Of a stretch of 64,000 bases of DNA, positions 63,108-64,000 are shown one piece after another. The position numbers and the translations under genes are program-made. The number at the start of each line of letters is the position of its first letter. The first letter of the stretch is position 1. The DNA is taken from NCBI RefSeq assembly GCF_009914755.1, contig NC_060928.1; one strand, 5' to 3'. Source of the stretch: the human T2T-CHM13v2.0 reference genome, Homo sapiens. The notes below the pieces were generated by a model. It was not told where the DNA came from. It made no database searches and saw only the letters and a list, made by a program, of their open reading frames with translations.

Positions 63108-64000
63108 CTAACAAGAAAATTATAAACCATACCTTTAGATTTGTGTCTTAAAATTTCTATAATATAATTTATTATATGTAATAATCACATAATAGTTCAT
63201 TTCATGTCTGCAGCAGGGCAAAAAACTCAATTTTGGAAAAATCCAGGTTTTTAGTTACTGAACAATCATTTTTAACCTTTTCAAAGATATAAAGTTATGA
63301 TGTTAAGATAGGTAATTACAATTTCGTTCAAACGTTCTAATATAAAAGTTTCACAGTGGAACTCAACAAATCTGAACATTTAAAGAACATTTTGTATTTC
63401 ATGCATTTTCTTTGCTCCATTTATACTGACTCAAGGAAATACTTCTGCATGAAAATTGCCTCCTGTGTCTCGGTGACCTATGTCAAAATAAAACAGTGGT
63501 CTTTCCCAACAAAAATAGTGAGACAGTTTGTCCCAACTTTCTTCCTCATATGATTTGTAAAATAATGAAGTTAGGTTATTTTTTCTCCTCTGCCTGAACT
63601 CCTCCCCAGCTGGAATTTAAGTCATTTGGGATTGTGCATGAATTCCCTTGGTCACAAAAGAGCTATTAAGCAAATGACTGTTTCCAGGAGCTAGATAGAA
63701 TTAATGCACCGATTGATGATGAAAATCTATCCAGGCGTGAGTGAAGAAAATCATCAAACTTCTATTCTAGTCTGTGCTCTAGTCTATGGACTGCGGCTGC
63801 AGCTTTTTGGTATTCTACTGATTTTGACTATTTCTTGTCATATAACAGAGCTTACCAAGATTTTTCAGACATTTCTATTGTGGTAGCTGCATAGCTGTGA
63901 CCATGGTTTTTCATACTCTCTCACATACAAAGGCAGGGATTTATACTGCTTGAAGCTGTGCATCACAGTGGTTGGTTGGTTGGTTTGTTTGTTTTAAAAG

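Overview
This is an AT-rich, CpG-poor, repeat-dense vertebrate window. A near-consensus AluYb9 identifies it as human. It lies almost entirely in one very large intron of FSTL5 (follistatin-like 5), transcribed on the minus strand. The only credible coding sequence is one 121-bp EF-hand exon at 62987-63107. The other listed ORFs are Alu, L1, LTR or microsatellite read-throughs, or chance ORFs. The rest is about 18 Alus, several old L1M/L1PB and L2 fragments, MIRs, MaLR/ERV1 solo LTRs, DNA-transposon relics and microsatellites. I found no evidence of a new gene system, CRISPR array or RNA gene. The most unusual structures are mutational scars. (1) A 502-bp non-L1 cassette with a poly(A)-like tail and 14-bp TSD, cut at an MLT1 poly(A) site, which may be an orphan transduction or retrocopy. 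(2) A multi-template-switch mosaic around an L1 fragment at 46.2-48.2 kb. (3) Two old L1s with twin-priming geometry. (4) A MADE1 with an internal triplication. (5) Several perfect or nested palindromes. Repeat subfamily names come from my recall of consensus sequences, not from a database search. Boundaries of old repeats are approximate.
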